DNA from: Octopus sinensis
Taxonomy: Eukaryota
DNA: 64,000 bases
Reading direction: 5' to 3'
Assembly (NCBI RefSeq): GCF_006345805.1
Contig: NC_043020.1
Span: 25,792,001 to 25,856,000, forward strand
Shown: positions 40,833 to 51,845 of the stretch, piece by piece
Position numbering within the stretch: position 1 is the first letter of the stretch
Layout of the letters: every line of letters begins with the position of its first letter
Made by a program: the position numbers and the translations under genes
The notes under the pieces: generated by a model
Told to the model about the DNA's origin: nothing
The model's input: the letters and a program-made list of their open reading frames with translations, nothing else
Database searches by the model: none

Positions 40833-41735
40833 ATGGCAAGAAACTGGTCTGCGAGAGAGGTGCAATTGTTCGTCCGCGCTTGGAAGATTGCTGAGGACGA
40901 CTCGCCGAACAACATTATTGCTGCGGCGCTGAAAAGCAACAATTTTTCGAGAACCACCGCCCAGATAGAGCGAAAGAAGAGAGAATTTATCCGTTCGTAC
41001 GCTCTAATCAGGCAGCATGTGGACACCCTGGACATCATCCTGGGAGGTGACGGCACCAGGGAGGACCAAAAGGATGAAGAAAGCATCCAGAGCCAAATGG
41101 AGAAGCCTGGAACACAGGGAAACGATGACACATGTCCAGCTTCCAACACCACAACTGAAGACCAAAGGGGTGCGATGGCCGCAAGAAAGGAAAGGCACCC
41201 TGGAATTGATGGGAAGCAGGAGGTAAAGGGTGACAGAATCAAGGCTAAAGGAAGCCCTGTCCAGAGAAAGCAGAGGGACCCCAGCAAAAACTGTAAGGGC
41301 AGGGAAAGAAACACCTGCAAATTCTACCTGAGGGGGGACTGCTGGTACGGCGTCGAAGGTGCAAACTGTCGCTTTGCACATCGGAGGCCCTACCAAAACC
41401 GCACAGACGCGAGACAGAGGTCCCTCCCTCAGGGAGAACAAAAACAAAAAGAAAAAGTTAAAAGAAGGGAAAAAAGCGCACTGACCACTACTGAAAGACG
41501 GTATGCAGATGTGGTGCGCGGAAACCCAACAGGTGGCCAGCTTCACCCAGATGTGAGAAGGGCGGCAGCTGAACAGCAATCTTTTTTGTGCATGGCACAA
41601 AAAATTGTTCAGCAGTTGACCTGGCTACAAGCACAAAGCTGGAACTACCACCACATAAGGCCACCTCCAACAGATGCAGGATGGCCACCACAGACACCAA
41701 CACCAACACACACACCACAAAAATATTTCTACTGA
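40833..41735 (+). CDS. LINE ORF1p, 300 aa: Myb/SANT(trihelix)-like N-terminus plus CCCH zinc finger
   Basis: WSAREVQLFVRAW..AALKSNNFSRTTAQIERK pattern; CKFYLRGDCWYGVEGANCRFAH; open frame; overlaps the start of ORF2. Confidence 0.75.
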   Translation: MARNWSAREVQLFVRAWKIAEDDSPNNIIAAALKSNNFSRTTAQIERKKREFIRSYALIRQHVDTLDIILGGDGTREDQKDEESIQSQMEKPGTQGNDDTCPASNTTTEDQRGAMAARKERHPGIDGKQEVKGDRIKAKGSPVQRKQRDPSKNCKGRERNTCKFYLRGDCWYGVEGANCRFAHRRPYQNRTDARQRSLPQGEQKQKEKVKRREKSALTTTERRYADVVRGNPTGGQLHPDVRRAAAEQQSFLCMAQKIVQQLTWLQAQSWNYHHIRPPPTDAGWPPQTPTPTHTPQKYFY

Positions 41736-44693
41736 ATGTAGGAGGGCTGCTGCACGGAAGCTGTAAAAAGAAAATTTCATTCCTGAGAGACCTTGTGACA
41801 TGCAGTCAAGCTATATGCATGGCACTCACAGAAACGCATCTTGAACCCGATATAGGTGATGCAGAAATACACATGCCGCAATATGCAGTCATACGCACAG
41901 ATAGAAAAGGGAGGAGCCATGGTGGAGTTGCAATGTACATCCGAGATGACCTCACCCCCAGGTCCTGCTGTCATATTCAAACTCAGTATATGTGAAACTC
42001 AAATTGTACACATAAGACAACTGAATATCGTCATATGCACTACATATCGCCCACCAGATGCCCCAAAACACTCAGGCATGTTTGAAGACTGCCTAACAAA
42101 AATAGGAGAAGTCCTCACCAACCTTGAACAGCACAACAGTGTATTCTTCATGGGTGACTTTAACCTCCCCAATGTGGAATGGCCTGGGGGGCAGATGCTC
42201 CCAGGGATGACACACCATCAGCAGGCACAGGTGGAGTCCCTGCTCCATCTCACAAATGCCTCTTTCATGGAGCAAATAGTTCTGCAACCAACAAGGGCAG
42301 ATAATATACTGGATCTCTGCTTCACAAACAATATGGATATTATCCATAATGTTAATGTGATGCCGACAATGATCTCGGATCACAACATAATAGAGCTGTC
42401 TATGTATGGAACAAAAGCCCCCGCAGACACACAGCCTATACGAAGCACACCACCATCTCTCCAACTTAAACTTTCATAAAGCCAACTGGAAGTCGATTGA
42501 GAAAGAGATCCTCAAACAGGATTGGCCTGAATGTCTCTCCACACCGGACATAAACATGAAACACAAACACTTCATGTCCATAAACAAGCCATATGTGACA
42601 AATATGTCCCAATGTGCAGGGCCAGCACACACATGAACAAAAACAGGATCCCTAGAGAAAGGAAGATTCTTATGAGACGACGGACAAGGATTGCAAACCG
42701 CCTGAGCAAGCACACCAAAAGTGGTGAGAAGTCTCGGCTCGAAAGAATGCTAATGAAAACTGAGAAAAGTCTACATCAGTCCCATGAAAAGGAGAGAGCA
42801 GATAAAGAAGCTTGGGTAATAGAAAATATAAAATCAAACCCTAAAGCTTTCTTTAAGTTTGCCAAAGAGACAGCCACAGTGCACCAGAGAATAGGACCTC
42901 TCTTCCAAAAAGATGGCTCTCTCACAGGAAATCCCACGAGGATAAGTGAAATACTGAACGAACAGTTCCAAAGTGTGTTCACTACACCTCTAGGACACAG
43001 GCAAGTAAACAACCCAGAATAATTCTTTGCCACTTTACCTGCGGCCAAAGAGACAAAAATTGAGTACATCAACATCGAAGATGATGATATCACACTAGCC
43101 ATTGATGAGATTGACACAAACTCAACTGCTGGACCTGATGGATTCCCAGCGATCCTTCTCAAATCGTGCAAACGAGCCCTTGCAAAACCGCTACAGCTTC
43201 TTTTTCAGAGCTTTCTTGCAAGTGGTAAGCTCCCAGTCAAACTGAAAGGGGGGGTAATATGCCCTATCCATAAGGGAGGTAGCAGAGCAGATGCTAAAAA
43301 TTATAGGCCTATCTCTCTGACCTCACACATCAGCAAAGTCATGGAACGAATAGTCCGTAAGAAACTAATCATGTTCCTTGAAGAAAATGACTTGCTGTCT
43401 GACACCCAGCATGGATTTCGACCAGGTAGAGGCTGCCTAACACAGCTCCTGTAACACTATGACTGGGTGTTGAAACAGCTACTAAATGGCTCAAATGTGG
43501 ATGTAATATATCTCGACTTTGCATAAGCCTTTGATAAAGTCGACCATGGTATGATCTGTCACAAACTGCGTGGTCTCGGCATAGGCGGGAAACTTGGAGA
43601 GTGGCTGCACAACTTCCTAAAAGACAGAAAACAGGCAGTTGTGAGCAATGGAGCCACCTCCAAGGAAACGCAAATAACAAGCGGTGTCCCACAGGGCACT
43701 GTCTTGGGGCCACTGATGTTCATAGTGGCCCTTTCAGACATGCCTTCAGTTGCTACGATGACCACCCTTGCTAGCTATGCAGATGACACAAAAGTCTCCC
43801 ACGCAATACAAAACCCTGAAAATATTGCGCATCTGCAACATGAGCTGGACACAATATACAGGTGGGCTGAGGACAACAACATGCAGTTTAATGCAGGTAA
43901 GTTCCAGGCCCTGCGCTACTGGCACACAAAGGTAAATGACGTGAAGACTGGATACACTGGCCCAGGAAGAATTGCAATCCCTGAGTCAAAATCAGTGCGT
44001 GTGACCTGGACATTGACATGAGCAATGATGCATCTTTCCAAATGCATATTGCTAATCTGGTGATAAAATGCAGACGGCTAGCTGGATGGATTCTCCGAAC
44101 TTTCAAAACAAGAGAGAAGGAGACACTGATGGTCCTATGGAAAACATTCGTCCTCAGCCGCTTGGACTACTCTCCAACTTTGGTCACCACACAATATAAA
44201 ACAAACAGCAGAACTCGAAGCAATTCAGAGAAGCTACACAAAGAAAATCGTCTCAATGCAAAATGTCAGCTACTGGGAAAGACTGCAGGTATTAAACCTC
44301 TTCTCCCTGGAGCGGAGGCGGGAGAGATATGCAGTGATATACATCTGGAAAATCCTGGAGGGTCTTGTCCCAAACTTTGGCATTCAAAGTTACTCCAACC
44401 GCAGAACGGGGCGCCGCTGCGTGGTGCCAAGGATTCAAACATCACCATCAAAATACAGGTCCAGATACTGCAACAGCTTGGGTTTCAGAGGACCACAGCT
44501 CTTTAACATCCTCCCTAAATGCCTGAGAGACTTACATGGTGTGGATGTGGGTTTCTTTAAAACTAAACTGGATCTCTTCTTGTTGGGAGTCCCAGATGAA
44601 CCTACCTCACGACAGGAGACACGGATGCGGGCAGCAGCATCAAACTCCCTTGTTGATCAAGTGCCACGTATCAGAGGTGGATTCACAAACTAG
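41723..44693 (+). pseudogene. LINE ORF2p: APE endonuclease plus reverse transcriptase with several frameshifts and stops
   Basis: LLNVGGL, ALTETHL, GGVAMY, GDFNLP, LDLCF, SDHN (APE); YRPISLTS, QHGFRPGR, YLDFA*AFDKVDH, SGVPQGTVLGP, YADDTK (RT); LERRRERYAVIYIWKILEGLVPN C-terminus typical of CR1. Confidence 0.92.
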
Positions 44694-44972
44694 TGTAGCT
44701 CATTCAGCGGTGGTGCCCCAGCATGGCCGCAGCCTTCGGGCTAAAACATTTTTAAGGATTTAAGGATTTATATATATTTATCTATCTATCTATCTATTTA
44801 TTTATATATCTATCTGTCTATCTATCTATCTATCTAGCTATCTATCTACTACCTATCTATCTATCTATCGATCTATCTATTTATCTATCTATATCTATCT
44901 ATCTATCAATTTATCTGTCTATCTATCTGTCTATCTATCTATCTAGCTATATATATATATTATATATATTAT

Positions 44973-45033
<61 letters not shown>

Positions 45034-45521
45034 GTATATATGTACACACACACACACACATATGCAGATAGAAAGATAGACAGATACCACAAATTCATAT
45101 ACATACATACAAATTGAATACAACATGGCTGACAGTTAAATAAAACTTGATAGCATGAAAATGCGAAAAGGCAACGTTTTACATTTGAGAAACCGTTTCC
45201 ACTGTAACGTAAGAATATGCTAATTATTTGTTCGAATCGGCATGAAGAATAGTTTGTCTGGCCACCGAAATTACACTTGGTGCCATCGAATAGCTGAAGG
45301 CTATAAGCAACATTATGCTTGATTAATAGTTTCAATTAAACTGACTTTTAGAATTCTAGTTTATATTCTAGATTAAAAGACTAGTTACTTTCTAACTTTC
45401 TTTCTCTTTCTCGAAATGTCTGTGTGTGTGTGTCGTCTGTCTTTTTGTACGCTTTTCAATTTGTCTCTGTGCTTATTAATGTGTCTGTCTGTTGGCCTCT
45501 ATCTATCTATCTATCTATCTA

Positions 45522-45565
<44 letters not shown>

Positions 45566-45596
45566 ATCTATCTATCTCTCTCTCTCTCTCTGTTAA

Positions 45597-45630
<34 letters not shown>

Positions 45631-45705
45631 AGCTAGCTATATGTGTACTTACATTTACTCACGCCGATTTACATACGTAACATATATTGATCGTATGCCT
45701 AAAAC

Positions 45706-45743
<38 letters not shown>

Positions 45744-45745
45744 TA

Positions 45746-45829
<84 letters not shown>

Positions 45830-45830
45830 C

Positions 45831-45897
<67 letters not shown>

Positions 45898-46262
45898 ATA
45901 CATATATGCATGTATGTATGTATATACTTATATACTTATATATATGTGTGTGTTTACGTATAAGTGTATTCACATGTATAATTGTGTATGTATGTATGGG
46001 TGGATTTATGTATGTCGGCGTGAAGGTTTAATCTTTTTCTAATTTTATCCCTCTCATTTATATAATGTTTTTCTACCCCCGACCTGAGGCATAAACACTC
46101 ACACACACGTTAGCAATGGTTCTAACGCATGCATACATATATACATACATATATACATTCATGCATACATACATACAAGCATAGATACATATTTAAACAT
46201 ACATGTGTGTGTGTGTATACATATACATATATAAGTATATATACATACATAAATACTAATAC

Positions 46263-46336
<74 letters not shown>

Positions 46337-46337
<1 letters not shown>

Positions 46338-46540
46338 CGGAGATGTACTCGCATAGCAAGTAATTTGATCTGAGATCGTGTGCTGAAACGAAAACAATTG
46401 CAGCGTGGAAGGTGTGTATAAGCCATTTAAGAAACACACAAAAGCCGTTCGATTTACTTCAACATTTAAGTTTAATTTGTCAAAATATTTTCGTCGCTAA
46501 AATCCGCGACCTGTTCACTGACGAAGTCCGTGCAGCATCA
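46337..46540 (-). mobile_element. Short (TA)n-embedded element carrying an HHR-like motif (probably Penelope-terminus derived)
   Basis: Discrete ~200-bp unit between TA tracts containing the 46476-46525 motif. Confidence 0.5.
46476..46525 (-). ncRNA. Minimal type I hammerhead-like motif with G3-C8 swapped core
   Basis: Minus strand: UUCGUCA / GUGAACA / G GUCGC GGAUUUUA GCGAC / GAAA / AUAU / UU / UGACAAA. Confidence 0.6.
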
Positions 46541-46634
46541 TATATATATATTGATAGAAATGGTAAGACAAGAAAAGAATGAAAAAGAGGAATTTATCTG
46601 TAAATGTAATATGTGACAATTATTTGGTAGCCAT

Positions 46635-46695
46635 GATAAAACTCCGAGTTTCGGATGCCGAGGTGGAAATTCAGGCCGCCATCTCTTCAGTTATC
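46635..46695 (-). ncRNA. Type I hammerhead-like motif downstream of the Penelope RT fragment
   Basis: Minus strand: GAUAA / CUGAAGA / GAUG..CAUC C / GAAA / CUCGGAG / UU / UUAUC. Confidence 0.65.
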
Positions 46696-46793
46696 CGGCC
46701 ATCGGAAAAAACGCTATAAAAATGACCGGTAAACAAAGGGAAGTTACTGTGTGATTGACCGTTATTAAGACAAAAGAGCTATTTGAATGACGA

Positions 46794-46955
46794 CTATATG
46801 TATGGATGGTGGGATTTGAAGATGAAGTATCGTCCAGTGAAGGTCGGCTTTCGGTATACGGATGTCCTGAATCCATACTGTGTGCGTGTTATTAATACGT
46901 CCAGGAATGCTAGTTGATTGTCTTTTTCTTTTCCCATTGTGAACTGTATGGATGG
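46794..46955 (-). pseudogene. Penelope-like element RT (thumb region) fragment
   Basis: PSIQFTMGKEKDNQLAFLDVLITRTQYGFRTSVYRKPTFTGRYFIFKSHHP matches the PLE motif FT.E.E....L.FLDV....YRKPT.TG.Y..F.SHHP. Confidence 0.85.
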
Positions 46956-47052
46956 CAACAACAACAACAACAACAACAACAACCACCACCACAATAATAA
47001 TAACATCGAAAAATACCTTAGGAATGAGAACCCAGGTTCGAAATTTCCTCAA

Positions 47053-47090
47053 GACATCTGATGAGGGTATATCAGCCGAAACGTTGTGTT
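47053..47090 (+). ncRNA. Minimal type I hammerhead-like motif (stem II shortened)
   Basis: GACAU / CUGAUGA / GGGUAUAUCAGCC / GAAA / CG / UU / GUGUU; palindromic stem III ACGU. Confidence 0.55.
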
Positions 47091-47292
47091 AACAACAAAC
47101 AAGATGAGGAGAAATATCAGTCAAATGTGGATAATGTAAATAATGTATCTATCTATCTCTCTATCTTTCTGTTTGTCTGTCTCACTGTCTGCCTATTTAT
47201 CTGCCTGCCTGTCTGTATGTCTGTCTGTCTGTATGTATGTATGTATGTATGTATGTATGTCTATCTATCTATCTGTTTTGTTTTCTGTGTCC

Positions 47293-47328
47293 CTTTCTGT
47301 AGAAGAGCGTAGGCTCGAAACGTAAAAT
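47293..47328 (+). ncRNA. Minimal hammerhead-like motif with A6U core deviation
   Basis: UUU / CUGUAGA A / GAGC GUAG GCUC / GAAA / CG / UA / AAA; related copy at 9692-9730. Confidence 0.45.
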
Positions 47329-47417
47329 ACTTTTTCTATTCCTGAGCGTTATACTAATACATCTGTTCGTTTTGTACACCACTTGTCTTCGTCCTTTGTT
47401 TTTCCGTAAACTCTCCC

Positions 47418-47452
<35 letters not shown>

Positions 47453-47454
47453 CA

Positions 47455-47501
47455 AAAACTGTCTGATGAACGGCAACGAGAAACTCAGAGTAACAGATTT
47501 T
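47455..47501 (+). ncRNA. Minimal type I hammerhead motif in an ~80-bp unit between (TA)n tracts
   Basis: AAAACUGU / CUGAUGA / A CG GCAA CG A / GAAA / CUC A GAG / UA / ACAGAUUUU. Confidence 0.65.
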
Positions 47502-47529
47502 GTTGAATTTTCTGCTTGCTTTAAATAAA

Positions 47530-47576
<47 letters not shown>

Positions 47577-48387
47577 AGCCTTTCTCTATATATGTTCTCT
47601 TTCCACTGTTCCCTCCTCCCTATAAGTCTCAGTCTTCCTCTTCTTCGTCTTTCCTCTGGCCTATTTATCTCTCGACCCATATTTCTTAGAAACCACACCG
47701 CAGTATCTTATTTCCCTTCTTACACAGTCTTACTATCTAATGCCAAAATTCTTTCCAATTTCTAATTCCTCAAAAACGAAGAAATCTCCATAAACATCGT
47801 TTCATTATCTTGTGGAAAACTGCTCCCTTCGCCCACCATCACACATACCGCCAATGTCCTAACCAAACAGATATAAAAGCCTTAATCCAATGTAGAATGT
47901 TAGTCTGTGTTACTTCCATATATTAAACAACATACGCTTTACTTAATAACCATTCTTCATAAATTCTCTCACTCCATCTTTCTCATCCTCTCTCTCTCTC
48001 TCTTCCTTTCATTTCATTTCATTTCTCCCATATCTCCCTAACTTTATCTTCAAGCAATCCATCATTCCGTCATGTGCTTAAATACTTGCGGACAGGAAGT
48101 AACGCGATATCCTGAATTTCTACCAAAATGTCTTCTTCTTAATTGACTCATCTGCTATCAACATGCACGTCTTCCGGATATTGATTTTAAGACCAATTCC
48201 TTTTTCCTGTGTCTTCGAGACTGTCTATCAGAATTTTGTAGATTAGCATCGCTTAGCTCGTTACGACCGCAACATTTACACAGGCAGGAACAACAGTATG
48301 CATATTTATTCACATGAGAAAAGATAAGGAGAACCTTTTACAAGAAATCGCCAAAATTCTTATACAAACATGCGAGTATATATACAC

Positions 48388-48578
48388 TCTTTTACTTGTT
48401 TCAGTCATTTGACTGCGGCCATGCTGGAGCACCGCCTTTAGTCGAGCAAATCGACCCCAGGACTTTGTAAGCCTAGTACTTATTCTATCGGTCTCTTTGG
48501 CCGAACCGCTAAGTTACGGGGACATGAACACACCAGCATCGGTTGTCAAGCGATGTAGGGAGGACAAACACAGGCATA

Positions 48579-48624
<46 letters not shown>

Positions 48625-48802
48625 AATATATATATATATATACACGACAGGCTTCTTTCAGTTTCCGTCTACCAAATTCACCCCAAGGGTTTGGTCGGCC
48701 GGAGGCAATAGTAGAAGACACTTGCCCAAGGTGCCACGCAGTGGGACTGAACTCGGAACCATGTGGTTGGTAAGCAAGCTATTTACCACACAGCCACTCC
48801 TA
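48388..48802 (-). mobile_element. Full-length CORE-type SINE family B
   Basis: tRNA-like head, CORE motif ACCTTGGGCAAGTGTCTT, internal (CA)/(TA) tract, CR1-like tail GGCGGTGCTCCAGCATGGCCGCAGTC..GAAACAAGTAAAAGAG. Confidence 0.92.
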
Positions 48803-48902
48803 TATATATATATGAAAACAGAACACGGGTGTTTTATAACACATTCAAATACATACATACATATATAAATATAAATATATGAAAAACGATAAACGTAGCC
48901 CT

Positions 48903-49173
48903 TTTCATGCATAACCAGGCTCATGGGCCCGGTTTCTCGGTTTCTTTTGCGTATGTGTTCCTCCCAGCTGGACTGGTCGCCAGTCCATCGTACCGTTACT
49001 CAAGAAACAGGAAAAGAAAGTGAGAAAAAGTTGTGTCGAAAGAGTACAACAGGGTTCGCCACCACCCCCTGCTGTTTTCACTCAATAAACACACACAACG
49101 TCCGGTCTGGGAATCGAAACCGTGATCCTACGACGGCGAGTTCGCTGCCCTAACCACAGGGCCATTGCCCCTC
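48903..49173 (-). mobile_element. RTE-tailed SINE variant
   Basis: GGCTCATGGGCCCGGTTTC tail; CGGTCTGGGAATCGAAACC..CCCTAACCAC..GGCCATTG head. Confidence 0.75.
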
Positions 49174-49376
49174 CATATATATATATATATATATATATAT
49201 AGATAAGAAAGTTTGTTTGGTAAAGCACGTGGGTGAATATATAAGAAAATAGTAAAGTGTGAAAAAACGACAGAAGGCTTAAATGTTAAAAAAATATATA
49301 TATTTGTGTCAAAATGTCTGGAGAATATTGGAAAAATTTTTTTCCTTTCCTTAAAATGACATATTTTAAAATTTTA

Positions 49377-49416
49377 AAGAAATTACCGGTTTCGCGTGTA
49401 GCTTTTCAAATTTCTT
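49377..49416 (-). ncRNA. Minimal type I hammerhead with U3-A8 core in the Penelope left arm
   Basis: Minus strand: AAGAAAU / UUGAAAA / GC UACAC GC / GAAA / CCGG / UA / AUUUCUU; 7-bp stem I, palindromic stem III ACCGGU. Confidence 0.7.
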
Positions 49417-51216
49417 GTGACGTTATGTTTATATTGTATGGAATTATCGTTGTTTTTATTTCCAGGAGATTTCTAAATAAGGGGAGGTAGTATGAGTGTG
49501 ATTTTTTCCGGTGTAGGGGAGATAATCGCTTAAAAAATTTTTTTCCCATTTCCTTGTTAATTTCTCTGTGTCAGTATGTTCGGATGGTTGAGTCTGGGTT
49601 TGTACTTTTCAATGAAGAATGTGTCTTGTTCAGTCTCATTGTGTTGATGATCCGAAAGCACATTGGTAAAATGGGAAGATTAAAAATTGTGGCAGTAGTT
49701 GCTTTGCGCATTTCTCGATGTGCTCACTTAAAAGGTATCATTCTATATTCTGGGAATGCAATCTGTTGTCGATGCAGTGTGCATCTGCGCCTGAGTGATA
49801 GTCCCGTGGAACCCACGTAGTCTTGGTGGCAGCCCGAGCATTTAATAACATAAATTATGTTTTCAGAGGCACAAGTAAAGTTAGATTTGATCTAAATTTC
49901 TGTCCCTCTTTAAAGAAGAATTCGATCCTTCCAATAGGTTAGGACATGTTGCACAGTTCGATCTACCACATTTTTAACTTTTGCATCCGTAATTTTAGAA
50001 GACAATTTGCCTTGTGAGAATCTTTTTAAGTGATTTAGGCTGTTTGTAGCTTTTAATGATTTGGTGTATGTTAGAATTTCCTTTAATTTTGGGTTTTTAT
50101 GAAGTATTGGTAAAATTCTGGGTGGTGATGATGGTGAGGCTTCTTTGTTTCTGGGGTTGTATGTAGATATGTAAGGTAGTATTTTCGGGGAAGGTGTGTT
50201 GTTGTGTTGAACTTTTCTTAAAGTTTCTATGTTGATTTCTGTTGCACGTCTGATCCCATCCTCTATGAGTTGAGCTGGGTAATGTCTGTCAATTAGGGTG
50301 TTTTTTGAGTTCTTGCAGTCTAAGTTCCTGGTATTTGTTCTGACACTATTGTGCATATCTTCTTGCAAGGTTGAAGGGGATGTTTGTTTTAGTGTGTCTT
50401 GGGTGGCATGAATTAAAAGAAGGTATTGTTTGGCGTCTGTGGCTTTGTAAAAAATGTCTGTTCTATTTTAAGGTTAATTTTTAATTAGTATATCCAAAAC
50501 GGGAGCTCCTTTGGTTGTATTCCATTGTGAACTGTATATTTGGGTTTATGCTGTTCAATAGGTTTTTAATTTTAGGAGTTTATCTATGTTTTCATTCCAG
50601 AGAATGAAACAATCGTCTAGGAATCGTTTCCAATTCTCTTTTATGTATTGAGAGAGGAGTTTCCAAAGATTGATAGAGTCTGGTAAATGATTATTTCCAT
50701 GTATCCCATTGTTAAGTTCGCAATGACTGGTGCTGCCCTTGTACCCATAGCAATTCCGGATTTTTGACGGTAAAATGTATTGTCAAAATGAAGTGGTTAT
50801 TGTGTAGGATGAATTCAATTGATTTAGTAATGAATTCCTTACTGATCCTTTTGGTATTTCTTCCGGAAATTGGTCTAACCAGAATTGTATTGCCTCCAGT
50901 CCATAATTATGAGGTATACTGGTATACAAGTTGACTACATCAAATGAAACCAGGATTGTTTCTTCCTTGGTTTTTTTGGAAGGTGGTTTAACATATCTAA
51001 GTCATCTCTGATATGGCTATCGATATGTTTAAGGAAGGGTTTCAAGAGGATGTCCATAAGTAGACTTAGTCTGTGTTTTCACAGGTTGGGCCAGCTACAA
51101 TGGGTCGTAGTTTTAGGTCCCCCGGATTAGGTGTGTGTATGTATGTCTTTGGTGATTTTTTAATGGTTTCATTTATAATTTGACTTTTATGAATTTTTGG
51201 CAGACCAAAGGCAAAA

Positions 51217-51543
51217 TTGTCTTCTAAAATTACGGATGCAAAAGTTAAAAAATGTGGTAGATCGAACTGTGCAACATGTCCTAACCTATTGGAAGGATCA
51301 GAATTCTTCTTTAAAGAGGGACAGAAATTTAAGATCAAATCTAACTTTACTTGTGCCTCTGAAAACATAATTTATGTTATTAAATGCTCGGGCTGCCACC
51401 AAGACTACGTGGGTTCCACGGGACTATCACTCAGGCGCAGATGCACACTGCATCGACAACAGATTGCATTCCCAGAATATAGAATGATACCTTTTAGTGA
51501 GCACATCGAGAAATGCGCAAAGCAACTACTGCCACAATTTTAA
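51217..51543 (+). pseudogene. GIY-YIG endonuclease segment in the inverted right arm of the Penelope element
   Basis: KCGRSNCATCP..FTCASENIIYVIKCSGCHQDYVGSTGLSLRRRCTLHRQQI. Confidence 0.85.
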
Positions 51544-51804
51544 TCTTCCCATTTACCAATGTGCTTTCGGATCATCAACACAAATGAGACTGAACAAAAG
51601 GAAACATTCTTCATTGAAAAGTACAAACCCAGACTCAACCATCCGAACATACTGACACAGAGAAATTAACAAGGAAATGGGAAAAAAAATTTTTTAAGCG
51701 ATTATCTCCCCTACACCGGAAAAAATCACTCACTACCTCCCCTTATTTAGAAATCTCCTGGAAAAAAAACAACGATAATTCCATACAATATAAAATAACG
51801 TCAC

Positions 51805-51845
51805 AAGAAATTTGAAAAGCTACACGCGAAACCGGTTAATTTCTT
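51805..51845 (+). ncRNA. Second copy of the U3-A8 hammerhead (right arm; one extra nt at the cleavage site)
   Basis: AAGAAAU UUGAAAA GC UACAC GC GAAA CCGG UUA AUUUCUU. Confidence 0.6.

Larger units (their letters stand above)
39174..44770 (+). mobile_element. CR1-clade LINE, probably full length, disabled (5' boundary inferred)
   Basis: ORF1 plus APE/RT ORF2, 3' UTR with (TTAAGGA)n tail; both ends abut (TA)-rich tracts. Confidence 0.85.

Noticed and set aside
45248-45290. GGCA UGAAGA..CGAAA..UGCC
   Set aside because: C3 is missing and stems II and III do not pair; too degenerate to call
51066-51368. 100-aa minus-strand ORF
   Set aside because: Chimera across the Penelope inversion junction (antisense GIY-YIG arm fused to the RT segment)
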